From an uncultured bacterium (GTDB lineage: Bacteria > Patescibacteriota > Minisyncoccia > Moranbacterales > GWC2-37-73): a stretch of 64,000 bases of DNA. Below, one piece after another: positions 1 to 10,934 of this stretch (the stretch's first letter is position 1; each line of letters opens with the position of its first letter). Under the pieces are notes generated by a model. That model was not told where the DNA came from, ran no database searches, and saw only the letters and a list, made by a program, of their open reading frames with translations. The stretch is taken from the NCBI GenBank assembly GCA_903851135.1, contig CAINNK010000012.1, positions 4,282 to 68,281 on the forward strand. Direction: 5' to 3'. Made by a program: the position numbers and the translations under genes.

Positions 1-372
1 TCTTCATAGGCATTCAAAATGGCTTTTTCAGTTTCAAGATAGCTGATTTTCGGGCGGTTGCCACGGCCGCCTATTGTCAGCAGCAATGGCAACATCTCAG
101 AAAAATTTCTGAGGGCGGTTTTTTTCAGACTGGCGATGATTTCTGGGCTAATTGCTTGATATTGATTTATTTTTTGATCAGGCAGTTCGGTGACATAACC
201 ATTTTTAATCAAATCGTCCAGGATTAAATAGATGGTTGGTCTTTTGAGACCAGACAGCTTGGCGATTTTACTCACCGTGCCTTGCTCCAACTCCAAAAGC
301 GCCAAATAGACTTTGGCTTCTTTTTGTTGCAAACCGATGGAGCTCAAAAGATTCAGGTAATCATTATCCATG
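1..372 (-). CDS. TrmB-like winged-HTH transcriptional regulator, N-terminal part (5' partial; gene continues beyond window start)
   Basis: Reverse-strand translation from ATG at 372 gives MDNDYLNLLSSIGLQQKEAKVYLALLELEQGTVSKIAKLSGLKRPTIYLILDDL..NFSEMLPLL.., near-collinear with the paralog at 37380..38123; runs off the window edge. Confidence 0.6.
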
Positions 373-562
373 CAACTAGCCTAACGCAACACTTAAAATT
401 TGTCAATATATCTGACAAATAAAAAAGCTTTTTTGCTCAAATAAAGCATTTTATCCAGCACTTTCTTTGACAATTTTCAAGATAGCTGTTTGAATAAGAG
501 GTCTTTTTGAAAAATCAGAAAGCCACAAGTGTTTTTTGACAACCTAAAAACCAACAAGGAGA

Positions 563-1540
563 ATGATTATGAAAAACGGCAGATTAGATGTGAAGGTATC
601 TATGCTGATGGGAGATGCCTATTTTGATAGCAAACTTTGGTGGGAAGAAAGCGTTCCATATTACATTAAGGCTGGAGCTAGCAGAGAAAAGCTCATTGCT
701 TGTGCAGAGAAAGCTTTTGCTAAGGGAAGCATCGAGGTTGCTATTGCGGCCTACAAAGCTGCTCAAGAAAAAATTCCTGAAGATAAATTCTTAGTCTATT
801 ATAAAGAAACCTTAGAAAAGGGTTATTGTAGTTTTGCTGATGAGGCTCTAATGGCAATTGGCAAAAGACTCACTCCAGCGGACTACACCCGTGCCTGTAA
901 AACATTGATGGAAAAAAAAGCCGAAGCCCCCTTTCTCTTGGTTGAAACTTATGAAAAATCTGACAAGAGCATTACTTTGGCTGAACTGTTGGCTTTTGCC
1001 TACAAAAGTCTTCAGGCCAAGGATAGCTGTGCTCGTTGGGTTAAGGATCTTTTTCTTTTTGTTGGCGACGAGAATGGGATAATCGCTTGCGCACAAAAAT
1101 ATGCCAACAATGGAGAACTGTCTGATGCCCTTGAGCTGTATAAAAGAGTAGAAAAAGAAATACCAAAGGCCGAAATCATTGCAGCTGGGAAAGCTTGTTT
1201 AACTAAAAAGGAGTTTGAGAAAATGACAGAAGCTTTTTTGGTTGCTAATGACAAGATTTGGCTCAAAAGGGGTGGAGATGCTTGTCTTAAAGAAGGTTTC
1301 ATTGAGTATGCTGTGAAACTTTTTGATAAAGGCGGCTTCAAAAAGAAACTTTTGGCTTGCGGCAAAATTTATCTTAAGCACTTTCGGTTTGTTGACTATG
1401 CAATTGAGCTTTTTGAAAAAATCGAAATGGTTCCAACAAAAAAGTTCCTTGCAAGGTGTGCGACTGAGATGATTGAAAACAGGTGTGAGGAGCAAGCAAA
1501 AAAGATTTTCACACTCCTGGTGCGAAGTGAAGTTGATTAA
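563..1540 (+). CDS. hypothetical alpha-helical protein (A/K/E-rich, possibly repeat-containing)
   Basis: 325-aa ORF preceded by GGAGA RBS; no recognisable catalytic motif. Confidence 0.45.
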   Translation: MIMKNGRLDVKVSMLMGDAYFDSKLWWEESVPYYIKAGASREKLIACAEKAFAKGSIEVAIAAYKAAQEKIPEDKFLVYYKETLEKGYCSFADEALMAIGKRLTPADYTRACKTLMEKKAEAPFLLVETYEKSDKSITLAELLAFAYKSLQAKDSCARWVKDLFLFVGDENGIIACAQKYANNGELSDALELYKRVEKEIPKAEIIAAGKACLTKKEFEKMTEAFLVANDKIWLKRGGDACLKEGFIEYAVKLFDKGGFKKKLLACGKIYLKHFRFVDYAIELFEKIEMVPTKKFLARCATEMIENRCEEQAKKIFTLLVRSEVD

Positions 1541-1653
1541 CAGTATTCATTGAAACATAAAGCGAGATGATCTTATCTCGCTTTATTATTTTTTATCATT
1601 AAATAGTTTTATTTTTTCTAAGAAGCTAAAAAGCTAAAGGCTAATAAGCTGTT

Positions 1654-4389
1654 CTATATTTCTCCCCAATTGTCCCCAATTTTGATGTCGGCAACCAGAG
1701 GCACGCGAAGTTGGTAGGCGTTTTCCATGAGCTGCTTGATTTCTTGGGCGATACTTTCAGCTAATTGACTTTTAACTTCAAAAATAATTTCATCATGGAC
1801 TTGCAAAATCATGTGAACATCGGGATTGTTTGCAAATTTGGCTGCAGTGTTGATCATGGCTATTTTCATGATGTCAGCAGTGAGGCCCTGGATAGGCATG
1901 TTGATGGCCATGCGTTCGGCGCCGGCGGCTACTTGAAAATTTGGCGAATTGATTTCAATCAGATTTCGTCTGCGTCCGAGCAGGGTTTCCACATATCCAT
2001 TAGTGCGTGCAAACTCCCGAGTTTCTTTCATATAACTAGCCACTCCGGAAAACTTTTCCATGTAGGCATTGATGAAATTTTGGGCGTCATTGCGAGCGAT
2101 GCCAGCGGATTGCGAAAAGCCGAAAGAACTCATGCCATAGATGATGCCGAAATTGAGAGCCTTGGCAGCCGAACGCATTTTTTCCGTGACTTGCGAGATG
2201 GTGACGTTGTTGATTTGGGCCGCAGTGATTTTGTGAATGTCATCGCCGCGATGAAAAGCTTCAATCAGTTTTTTGTCATTGCTAACGTGAGCCACGCAGC
2301 GCAAATCGATTTGAGAATAATCAGTGCTGATCAGCTTGCAATTTTCACTAGCCACAAAAGCGGTGCGCAAAAGTTGGCCGAGCTCAGTTTTGATGGGAAT
2401 GTTTTGCAGGTTTGGCTCGGTGGAAGAAAGTCGGCCAGTGGCAGTGACGGCTTGATTAAAAGTGGTGTGAATGTGAGAATTTTCATCCAGCAATTTTGGA
2501 ATTGCGTCGAGATAAGTCGTTTTTAATTTGAAAAGTTCGCGATATTGTTCGATTTTTTCAATAATCTCATGTGACGAGCGCAGTTTTTCCAGTTCAGCTG
2601 AAGCGGTCGAAAGTCCTTTTTTGGTTTTTTTGATGTCATTGGTTGGCAAGCCCATCACTGAAAAAAGAATTTCGGAAAGTTGCGAAGGAGAATTGATGTT
2701 AAAATCTCGACCAGCTAATTCGTGAATGGATTTTTCCAAGTGTTTAATGGTTTTGGTGATCTTTTCAGAAATGCCTTGAAAAATGATAGGGTTAAGCTCG
2801 ATGCCAGCAAGTTCCATGTCAGCCAAAATTTTCAGTAGCGGCATTTCCATTTGGGTGAAAATCGTTTCCAATGTTCCGTTAGTCAGGTCTGTTTTTTTCT
2901 GCTGCTCGCTGATTTCCAAAATTCTTTTCTCTAGAGTTGTCTTTAATTTCAAAACGTAGTCAGCTTTTTGGCAGAAAAGCAGTTTGGCATTTTCTTCTTC
3001 TTCGGGATCTGCGACGAGAGAAAGTTGGCCTTTGGATTTTTTTTCAAAAACAATTTCTTCGCCAAGTTCGGAAAAAATTATTTTTTCCAATTCCAATTTT
3101 CGTCCCGGATCCAAAACATAGGCAGCCAGCATGGAGTCCCAGCCCAGGGCTGGTCCGCCTTTGGCCGAGAAATCACCCAAATTTAAATTTATGTCGACAG
3201 CTTTTAGTTGCTTGTAAATCGTCTTTAGGTCATAGCCAACTTTTTGAATAACTGAATTTTCCAAAATATTTTTCAGTTGCGAAAAATATTTTTCTGAAGT
3301 TTCAAAAAAAGCGGCGCGGCCAGTTTTCCAAGATATTGCAATTCCAGAAATTTTTTCCTCATTTGTCTCGATGGCAATTGAAATTTCAGCAGCGCTTTCA
3401 ATTTCTTTCAATACTTCAATTTCATTTTTTTCATCAACAATAAAATATTTGAAATCTTTCACACCATTATTATCCGTATTTTTCTTGTCTATCTCTGTGT
3501 TTTCTCCGTTCGGAAGTCTTTTGATAAGACTGAAAAAATTTAGCTCGCTGAAAAGTTTCACGATGGTTTCGCGATTGAAATCATGAAGCACGGCTTTTTC
3601 CAGCTCAAGTTGCACTGGCGCGTCCAAGGAAATGGTGGCTAGTTCTTTGCTGAGATAAGCTTGAACTTTGTCACGCTCAAGCTTTTCCTTCACCGCACCT
3701 TTAATTTCCTCAATATTTGCATAGACGCCATCCAGCGTGGAATATTTTTGCAGCAGGGTGACAGCGGTTTTTTCACCGATGCCTTTGACGCCAGGAATGT
3801 TGTCTGATGGATCGCCTCGCAGAGCTTTGTAGTCAATGATTTGTGCCGGCGTTAGTCCATAACGCTCAAAAACTTTTTCGCTGTCATACATCACTGAATC
3901 GCTGAGGCCTCGGCGCATGGTATAGACACTAGTGGTGTCATTGACCAACTGTAAGGTGTCCATATCACCAGTGACGATGATGGTTTCAACATCCTCTTTG
4001 TTTTGTTTAATTTGGGTTGCAATTGTGCCAATCACATCGTCAGCCTCAAAGCCAGCTTGCTCATAAATTGGAATATTAAATGCTCTGACAACTTCTTTGA
4101 CGCGCGGAATTTGAGCATAAAGTTCATCGTCGCCTTTAACGCGAGTGGCCTTATATTCCTCGAATTTTTCATGACGAAAAGTCTTGCCTGCTAAATCGAA
4201 AGAAGCCACGACGTAGTCCGGCTGAAATTCGGCAATCACGCTGAGCAGAGTCGAGGCAAAGCCATAAACCGCATTGACCAATTCACCTTTCTTGGTCGTA
4301 AATGGTGGCAGCGCATGGTAGGCCCGATGAATGATGGCGTTGCCATCAATGAGAATGAGTTTTTTTGAATTTTTTGTGTTTTTTTCCAT
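1654..4389 (-). CDS. polA: DNA polymerase I
   Basis: N-terminal 5'-3' exonuclease region (LILIDGNAIIHRAYHA), polymerase motifs DYSQIDLRCVAH, RSAAKALNFGIIYGMS, LQVHDE; likely start is the second Met (MEKNTKN..) at 4389 rather than 4434. Confidence 0.95.
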   Translation of the reverse strand: MEKNTKNSKKLILIDGNAIIHRAYHALPPFTTKKGELVNAVYGFASTLLSVIAEFQPDYVVASFDLAGKTFRHEKFEEYKATRVKGDDELYAQIPRVKEVVRAFNIPIYEQAGFEADDVIGTIATQIKQNKEDVETIIVTGDMDTLQLVNDTTSVYTMRRGLSDSVMYDSEKVFERYGLTPAQIIDYKALRGDPSDNIPGVKGIGEKTAVTLLQKYSTLDGVYANIEEIKGAVKEKLERDKVQAYLSKELATISLDAPVQLELEKAVLHDFNRETIVKLFSELNFFSLIKRLPNGENTEIDKKNTDNNGVKDFKYFIVDEKNEIEVLKEIESAAEISIAIETNEEKISGIAISWKTGRAAFFETSEKYFSQLKNILENSVIQKVGYDLKTIYKQLKAVDINLNLGDFSAKGGPALGWDSMLAAYVLDPGRKLELEKIIFSELGEEIVFEKKSKGQLSLVADPEEEENAKLLFCQKADYVLKLKTTLEKRILEISEQQKKTDLTNGTLETIFTQMEMPLLKILADMELAGIELNPIIFQGISEKITKTIKHLEKSIHELAGRDFNINSPSQLSEILFSVMGLPTNDIKKTKKGLSTASAELEKLRSSHEIIEKIEQYRELFKLKTTYLDAIPKLLDENSHIHTTFNQAVTATGRLSSTEPNLQNIPIKTELGQLLRTAFVASENCKLISTDYSQIDLRCVAHVSNDKKLIEAFHRGDDIHKITAAQINNVTISQVTEKMRSAAKALNFGIIYGMSSFGFSQSAGIARNDAQNFINAYMEKFSGVASYMKETREFARTNGYVETLLGRRRNLIEINSPNFQVAAGAERMAINMPIQGLTADIMKIAMINTAAKFANNPDVHMILQVHDEIIFEVKSQLAESIAQEIKQLMENAYQLRVPLVADIKIGDNWGEI

Positions 4390-4588
4390 ATAAATATAGT
4401 ATAACGTTTGCTTAGAATAATACAAATTTCTCATCGGATGATTGTGTGCGTATTGTGCTTTTGTTAAAATGTCTTAATTTCGTAGCTATACCGGTGAATT
4501 AAAAGCAATATTAAATAATCATCATGATAATCGTTCTATTTGCTAGAAAATAGTTTAAGGAATAGACTAATGTTGAGCTTTTAAGCAT

Positions 4589-7500
4589 ATGAGACAAAAC
4601 CTATTTTATAAAATTTGTGGATTTTTACAATCCTGGAAGGTTCGGGAACTTTTTGATATGGCAGTGCGATCTGCCTTTTGGACTGCAATCTGGTTTTTTG
4701 TTATTGTTTTCACTTCAGATATTCTTCATACTATAGGATTAGACAAACTTTTTAAATTCTTTCTAATCCATTTTTCAATTTTATTAAAACATATTGGATT
4801 GTCACTTAACTTTCAAGAGGCAACCTTTAAATATTTAAGCGAAATACCTAGTAGATTTTATCTAAAAGAAGGACGCTTTTTGTGGGGCATTGTTATTGCT
4901 TCAACTTTTCTTATTATTTCTTATGATTCATTTCGCATTCCGAGAGTCATTTGGCAATTTCTGTTGAGTATCCTGAAAAATATTGTCGCTGTATATGTTT
5001 TCTCCGCAAGTCTATTGTTTTTTGTCACAACAGTTCAATCTGGAAATCGATACTTCGCTTTTTGGTATGCTTTCGGAGTCTGGATTATCTGGGTTGCACT
5101 GTATTTTATGTTTCAACTAATGCTTGTTCATAATTTTTTCATTCTAATTTGGCAAAAAGTTGAAAGTAAATGGAATAACTTACTTAAAAAATATCCCAAA
5201 ACAAAAGAATGTATTCTTCTTTTTCAAAAATCCCAATCTAAACCAATTTTTCTTAGTGACTGCGCACTTGGTGAGAATGGAAAAAATGCGATTGAAGATG
5301 ATGAACTGGACATAAAAAAAGATGCAAAAAATTTTGCAGAGGTTGTTCTTAATAATGGATCTAAAATTCCTATGGTCTTCGGAATTGATGCGCCGTGGGG
5401 GAGTGGTAAGTCGAGTTATCTTGCATTATGTAAGGAGCAAGTATGGGAAAATGAACCAGATGTCGTCGTTTTCCATTTCAATCCGACGCTCTATGATTTA
5501 AAAAGACAAGATCTTTTTGACGTATTTTCTGGAGAACTCATTGCGACTCTCAGGAAGAAAAGAATTCGAACAGGGTCACTCAAATCCAAACTGAAAAAGC
5601 TGGGGAATATCTTTCATGGCTCAACATATATGTTTGGCGGTTTCGACTTTAAATTTAACGGTTTTCAAAAGGAAACTACAAAGGATATTATTGATGGTTT
5701 AGGACAAGACATTAAACGTTCTGGTAAGCGAATTATTGTGATTATAGATGATCTTGACCGGCTTTATCTCGAAGATGTGAAAGATATGCTCAGCATTGTT
5801 CGGAATGTTTTTAATGTTTCAGGTATGTCATTTGTGTTGTGTTATGATTCCGAGACCGTAAATTCATTTGAGTTTGATCACAAGACAGTTCATCACTATT
5901 CCTATATTAAGGATGACAAAAATAAAAACAGTAAAGAGAATCAGGATAGAGAATCGGGATATTCCCAAGAAAGTCATGAGCCAAACAATCAAGCTATTAA
6001 TGCGTATTTTGAAAAAATGGTTCAGGTGAAGAAGACACTGATGCCTAAAAGAGAAAAACTTCAAAACTATTTTGTTGCAATGCTTAATAGTCTGGTTGAT
6101 AAAGAAACGAGAGAAAATTTTAAAGCTGATATTGATAAATTTATTGAGCAAGCCAAGGATTTTTTCAGTAAAGATCGTTTTCCTCAGTATGAATGCTATT
6201 TGGGCGATATTAGAAAGGTAAAAAGAGTGTTGAATGTTATTAGGGAGCGCGGTATTCTGGATCACGAATTTGAAAAGATTGATCCAAATCCAGAACAAAT
6301 TATCCAATTCATATTATTATACACTTATCATCCATCTGTTTTCAGAGAAGTTTATATAAAAGAGGCTAGTGGCGTTGGTGGAAAATACTTTTCTATTCCT
6401 TATTCATTTACTGATGATTCTGATAAAAATAAAAAGACCTCTAATTATTTTAAGAAATATATTCAAAGACTTGGAAAGAAAAATTCCTTCTTATTGGTTG
6501 AGTTATTTGATGTTGAGAGTGGTGAATTTGAAAAAATCGTTAAGGATCAAAAAGGAGATCGAATTTTTGAGACATCTAGCCCTATATTCAATGGTCCGTA
6601 TCCTTATGAAAAAAATTTGAAAGAGTATTTAGATTTAATTATAGATAAGAAAGAACTTGAAAAATGGACACAACACAAGTATCACTTATCCAACGTTAAG
6701 AAGCTTAAAAGTAAAGAGGTCTCTGAAATCTTGAATGATGAGCAGTATCCACTTCTAACTGGTGAGGGACCTAGAGATGTATTTTTTGCAGCTGCTAGAA
6801 AAGCTGATTTGCTCGACTTTAACATTGCGATGAAATTGACAGAGTATATTTTAGAAAATATAGCTTCATATTCAATGGTGGATGGCTTTCTTGAGGTGTA
6901 TCAAGGAAGACGAAGTAGTCTTGTATATGAAATTATTTTTTTGCTTGATAAGAAGGGTTGGAAGGATGAAAATAATGAAACATATAATAATAGTGATAAA
7001 AATGTTGCGCAAATTGCTGACAGGATTTTTGGAGAGGTTGAATATGAAGGTATCGGCATTTTTGAAAGGCTTATGGATCCCACTCGTGGCGTGCTTGGTT
7101 TGAACGATGCTTCGATATTTCTTCTAAGTTGTAAACGAAAAGGTGGAGGCTGTTTTAATCTTGAGCGAGCTTTGGAACAATATGGCGGGGATGATAAAAC
7201 AGCAGCGATTAGAAAATTGTCACAACGACTTTTTGCCGAATTTAAGTCTCAATATATTGAAACTGAGAAAAATTTTCTTGAAGACATAAAAAATTTAAAC
7301 GAAGCTGAACTGCTCGGAGATTTTATCGAGCCCATAAGAAAAGCCTTTGAAGAAAAAGGGCAAGATATTGATGAAGAATTGAAGCGTATTCGTGTTTCGC
7401 TTGCTGGCCATCTTATATGGCAATTGGCGAGCATAGACCAAGAAGCTGCTGGTAACATTAAGGTGGAAGAAGCGGCTAATGCATTAACTATATCGGATGA

Positions 7501-7861
7501 AACGAGGAAGTATCTTTTTAAGACCTGTTTCGCTGTTGATTCTGAAAGTGGTGATGACATTGGAAATGCCAAAAGGTTCGTTGATTATCTTCTTGCAGGG
7601 TTTGAGCATAGTTTTGAAAACAGAAAGAGGGATAACTACTGGTCTCCTGTGTGGAAAAAATACGTTTCTATTCTTGGGGAAGATAAGCTCTCTGAATATT
7701 GGAAAAGTTATGGTGAGAAAGTTAAGGAATATTGTCAAAACCTGCCAAACGATAATAAGGTTTATACATACAATTACGTCGCCATTTACCGAGAAGATCT
7801 TGAACAGCTATTTACTGAGTTGGACAAAAATCTCCCAATTATAGTCAATCAGAAACCGTAA
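4589..7861 (+). CDS. KAP-family P-loop NTPase, large (about 1090 aa) with N-terminal multi-TM region
   Basis: Walker A GIDAPWGSGKSS followed by VVVFHFNPTLYD (KAP-type strand after the P-loop), Walker B IIVIIDDLDRL; 4-5 hydrophobic helices in the first 200 aa; long helical C-terminal region; exact start uncertain. Confidence 0.7.
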   Translation: MRQNLFYKICGFLQSWKVRELFDMAVRSAFWTAIWFFVIVFTSDILHTIGLDKLFKFFLIHFSILLKHIGLSLNFQEATFKYLSEIPSRFYLKEGRFLWGIVIASTFLIISYDSFRIPRVIWQFLLSILKNIVAVYVFSASLLFFVTTVQSGNRYFAFWYAFGVWIIWVALYFMFQLMLVHNFFILIWQKVESKWNNLLKKYPKTKECILLFQKSQSKPIFLSDCALGENGKNAIEDDELDIKKDAKNFAEVVLNNGSKIPMVFGIDAPWGSGKSSYLALCKEQVWENEPDVVVFHFNPTLYDLKRQDLFDVFSGELIATLRKKRIRTGSLKSKLKKLGNIFHGSTYMFGGFDFKFNGFQKETTKDIIDGLGQDIKRSGKRIIVIIDDLDRLYLEDVKDMLSIVRNVFNVSGMSFVLCYDSETVNSFEFDHKTVHHYSYIKDDKNKNSKENQDRESGYSQESHEPNNQAINAYFEKMVQVKKTLMPKREKLQNYFVAMLNSLVDKETRENFKADIDKFIEQAKDFFSKDRFPQYECYLGDIRKVKRVLNVIRERGILDHEFEKIDPNPEQIIQFILLYTYHPSVFREVYIKEASGVGGKYFSIPYSFTDDSDKNKKTSNYFKKYIQRLGKKNSFLLVELFDVESGEFEKIVKDQKGDRIFETSSPIFNGPYPYEKNLKEYLDLIIDKKELEKWTQHKYHLSNVKKLKSKEVSEILNDEQYPLLTGEGPRDVFFAAARKADLLDFNIAMKLTEYILENIASYSMVDGFLEVYQGRRSSLVYEIIFLLDKKGWKDENNETYNNSDKNVAQIADRIFGEVEYEGIGIFERLMDPTRGVLGLNDASIFLLSCKRKGGGCFNLERALEQYGGDDKTAAIRKLSQRLFAEFKSQYIETEKNFLEDIKNLNEAELLGDFIEPIRKAFEEKGQDIDEELKRIRVSLAGHLIWQLASIDQEAAGNIKVEEAANALTISDETRKYLFKTCFAVDSESGDDIGNAKRFVDYLLAGFEHSFENRKRDNYWSPVWKKYVSILGEDKLSEYWKSYGEKVKEYCQNLPNDNKVYTYNYVAIYREDLEQLFTELDKNLPIIVNQKP

Positions 7862-8069
7862 AAGTGGTTTAGGGAGATTTGCCTTGGTCGCAGTCTCCCT
7901 TTTTTCATACTCAAAATCCGATATGTCGATTTTGGTATACTATATAGGAATTAGCATATGGGGTTAAAATGAGGTGGTTAATATTGATGGGTGGATATTA
8001 ACCCACGTAAGAATCTTCATAATATAACCCCGACATTGACAGGTTTTCTTAAGGTGGTATAGTGTGAAT

Positions 8070-9041
8070 ATGAACATAAACCACCTTAAGCAATTTATGC
8101 TAAATTTCGACAAAAAACTTCAAAAAAGAATTGATGACAAGTTGCTTTTGCTTAATTCATTTCGACCACTCCCAGTTTCTGCGGTGAAAAAACTCAGAGA
8201 GCAATTTGAAGTTGAGATGACCTATAACTCCAACGCTATTGAAGGAAACAGTCTGACCCTCAAGGAAACTTATTTGGTTATTAATGAAGGAATCACCATT
8301 AAAGGCAAGCCGCTCAAGGATCACCTGGAAGCCAAAAATCACAAAGAAGCCCTGGATTATTTGTACTCTTTGGTTGAGGCTGACAAAAAAAACACTGTTT
8401 CAGAAAGGTTCATTCGCTCACTAAATCAAATTGTGATGCAAGATATGGACAAGCTTTGGGCTGGACAATATCGAAATAGTGGCGTGATTATTGGTGGGGC
8501 AGATCACCAACCGCCAGAGGCACTTGAGATTCCCAGGTTGATGAGAAATTTGATTGCTTGGCTGGGCGAAAATCAGAAAAAAATGCACCCGATTGAATTG
8601 GCCAGCATTTTGCATCACAAACTAGTTTTTATTCATCCATTTTTTGATGGCAATGGCCGAACCTCACGCTTGGTGATGAATATTATTTTGATGCAAGCAG
8701 GCTTTCCCTTGGTTATTGTCCTTAAAAATGATCGCAAGCGATATTATCAAGCCCTAGCGCTTGCTGACAAGGGAGAATATGACAGCTTTGTGAATTTTAT
8801 TGCGCGGGCAGTGGAAAGGACTTTGAATATTTATTTAAAAGTTCTAAGTCCAAGCAAAAAAGGCAATGAAAAATATCTTTCGTTGGCTGAGTTGGCCAGA
8901 GATTCCAAGTTTACAGAAAAATATTTGAATAAATTAGCACGAAGTGGAAAAATGGAAGCTCACAAAGAAGGACGTAATTGGCTTTCTTCAAAAAGTGCGC
9001 TCAAGCAATACTTGGAAAGTCGTGAGAGGGTGAGAAAGTAA
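8070..9041 (+). CDS. Fic family protein (AMPylase-type, class II with internal SxxxEG inhibitory motif)
   Basis: Fic motif HPFFDGNGRTSRL; inhibitory helix TYNSNAIEGNSLT; promoter TTGACA(8036)-16nt-TATAGT(8058) places the TSS next to ATG 8070 (leaderless); ORF track starts at GTG 8064. Confidence 0.85.
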   Translation: MNINHLKQFMLNFDKKLQKRIDDKLLLLNSFRPLPVSAVKKLREQFEVEMTYNSNAIEGNSLTLKETYLVINEGITIKGKPLKDHLEAKNHKEALDYLYSLVEADKKNTVSERFIRSLNQIVMQDMDKLWAGQYRNSGVIIGGADHQPPEALEIPRLMRNLIAWLGENQKKMHPIELASILHHKLVFIHPFFDGNGRTSRLVMNIILMQAGFPLVIVLKNDRKRYYQALALADKGEYDSFVNFIARAVERTLNIYLKVLSPSKKGNEKYLSLAELARDSKFTEKYLNKLARSGKMEAHKEGRNWLSSKSALKQYLESRERVRK

Positions 9042-9065
9042 AAATTTTAAGCTAAAAAACTTTTT

Positions 9066-10073
9066 ATGCATTCAAAAAATTCACATGGGTCTTTGCCGGT
9101 GCTGGCGGCGCTGGCGGGAAATGTTTTGATTATGATTCTCAAATGGATTGGATTTTTTGTGACGGGCTCGGGCGCCCTTTTTTCGGAGGCGGTGCATAGT
9201 GTGGCGGATGTTTTCAACCAAATGCTTTTAATGGTGGGCATTAAAAAATCTCAACGGGTGGCCGATGAAGACTTTCATTATGGTTATAGCAATGAGCGAT
9301 TTTTCTGGGCGTTGATTAGCGCGTGCAGTATTTTCTTTTTGGGCGCTGGCGTCACCGTTTATCATGGAGTGATTGGAATTTTACATAAAGAAGTTTCGCA
9401 CATCAGCTCGATTGCCTTTGTGATTTTGGCGATTTCTTTTGTGGTTGAATCGGGGACATTTTTGTTGGCTTTGAGGGAATTGCGAGCACACAACAAAAAG
9501 AGAGATTGGCGCGAGACTTTGGAATATGGCGATCCGACCACGATTGCAGTTTTGTTGGAAGACAGTGTGGCAGTTTTTGGAGTTAGTATTGCCTTTGTCA
9601 GCATCCTACTTTCAAAATTGACAGGAAATTATCTTTGGGATTCAGTTGGCTCAATTGTGATTGGAGTGTTGCTTGGCGTGATGGCAATTGTTTTGATCAA
9701 TATCAATCGCGGTTTTTTGATGCGCAAATCAATTCCAGAGGAGACTGAAGAAAGAGTAATTGAAATTTTGGAAAGCGATCCGGCAATTGAGAAAGTTTTG
9801 GATTTCAAATCAGTGGTGATTGACATTGGAAAATATCACGTCAAATGCGAAGTGGAAATCAACGGCAGCGCTTTGATGCGAGGGATGTATCGGGGAATGG
9901 CGCTGAAAAATGAATTCAAAGAAATTGATGGTGACTATGGAGAATTTTTGCGTTTTTGCGTGGACTATGCGGATCGCGTGCCACGCATGATTGGAAACAG
10001 GATTGATGAGGTTGAAAAGAAAATCAAAGACGAAATTCCAGAAGTCAGACACATTGATATCGAGGTAAACTAA
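9066..10073 (+). CDS. cation diffusion facilitator (CDF) family divalent-cation efflux transporter
   Basis: TM helices with ALFSEAVHSVADVFNQ signature, 6 TM segments, C-terminal cytoplasmic domain. Confidence 0.8.
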   Translation: MHSKNSHGSLPVLAALAGNVLIMILKWIGFFVTGSGALFSEAVHSVADVFNQMLLMVGIKKSQRVADEDFHYGYSNERFFWALISACSIFFLGAGVTVYHGVIGILHKEVSHISSIAFVILAISFVVESGTFLLALRELRAHNKKRDWRETLEYGDPTTIAVLLEDSVAVFGVSIAFVSILLSKLTGNYLWDSVGSIVIGVLLGVMAIVLININRGFLMRKSIPEETEERVIEILESDPAIEKVLDFKSVVIDIGKYHVKCEVEINGSALMRGMYRGMALKNEFKEIDGDYGEFLRFCVDYADRVPRMIGNRIDEVEKKIKDEIPEVRHIDIEVN

Positions 10074-10336
10074 CCTAGTTAACTTTTCTTTTAGAAGAAA
10101 AGTTACAAAAGTCATCCAGAGGATGATCACCCTTTGGGTGAAAATCTCCCCGACACGTGCTCGTTGCTGGGGCAAAAACTTCACTCTTCGCTAAAATTCC
10201 CGCTGCACTTTTTCTGCTGAAAAAGCTCGCTGAAAATTTCTTAACGCTTATCACTCGTTTTTTGCCTACGCACTTCGCAATGTGCGGATGGGAATACTAA
10301 ATACTAACTATTAAAAAAGAGCTTTGTGGCTCTTTT

Positions 10337-10795
10337 TTATTTTGCATCAAAAGTTATTGCTCTCTCTTTTTCATTGATCCATTTAAAGGTTATCCAGACT
10401 GCGTTGGTGGGAATTATTTTTTTGACTTTTTCTGGCCACTCAATGATGACGACAGCGTTTTTTTGGCCAGCAAAATCTGCAAAACCCAGCTCAAGCAAAT
10501 CTTTTGAAGTGATGCGATAAGCATCGATGTGATAAATATCATGGAACGTGGAACGTGGAGCGCGAAGCATGCGTTTCACGTTTTGCGTTTTTTGATGGTA
10601 TTCTTTTAGAATTGCAAAGGTTGGACTAGTGTAGGGTCCTTTTATTTTCAAACCCTTGAGTAGTCCTTGAGTGAAGGTTGTCTTTCCAGCCCCAAGGTCG
10701 CCAGAAAGACAGATGATTTCGCCACCAGAAAGTTCCTGAGCCAAAAGTTGGCCGAGTTTTTTGGTTTGCAAAGATGAAGTGGAAATTATTTTCAT
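10337..10795 (-). CDS. tsaE: tRNA threonylcarbamoyladenosine biosynthesis ATPase TsaE
   Basis: P-loop GDLGAGKTTFTQGLLKGL typical of TsaE/YjeE; ATG at 10795 (MKIISTSS) preferred over upstream TTG at 10831. Confidence 0.8.
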   Translation of the reverse strand: MKIISTSSLQTKKLGQLLAQELSGGEIICLSGDLGAGKTTFTQGLLKGLKIKGPYTSPTFAILKEYHQKTQNVKRMLRAPRSTFHDIYHIDAYRITSKDLLELGFADFAGQKNAVVIIEWPEKVKKIIPTNAVWITFKWINEKERAITFDAK

Positions 10796-10934
10796 GTTAC
10801 TAATCGTAGCGAAAAAGGGAGAAAAACACAAATGGTAGTATTTAAAAAATATTTAATTTTGGCAATCTAACAATATAGCGATGTAACAATATAAATTTGC
10901 AATGACTAAAAAGGGCTTGTTTGTCAAGCAATTG

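Noticed and set aside
1765-2526. 253-aa + strand ORF (and several other 60-190-aa ORFs) antisense inside polA, pilB, KAP NTPase, PBP1A, pyk, murE
   Set aside because: They lie entirely within strongly supported genes on the opposite strand, have no motifs, and show skewed low-complexity composition; treated as antisense artefacts.
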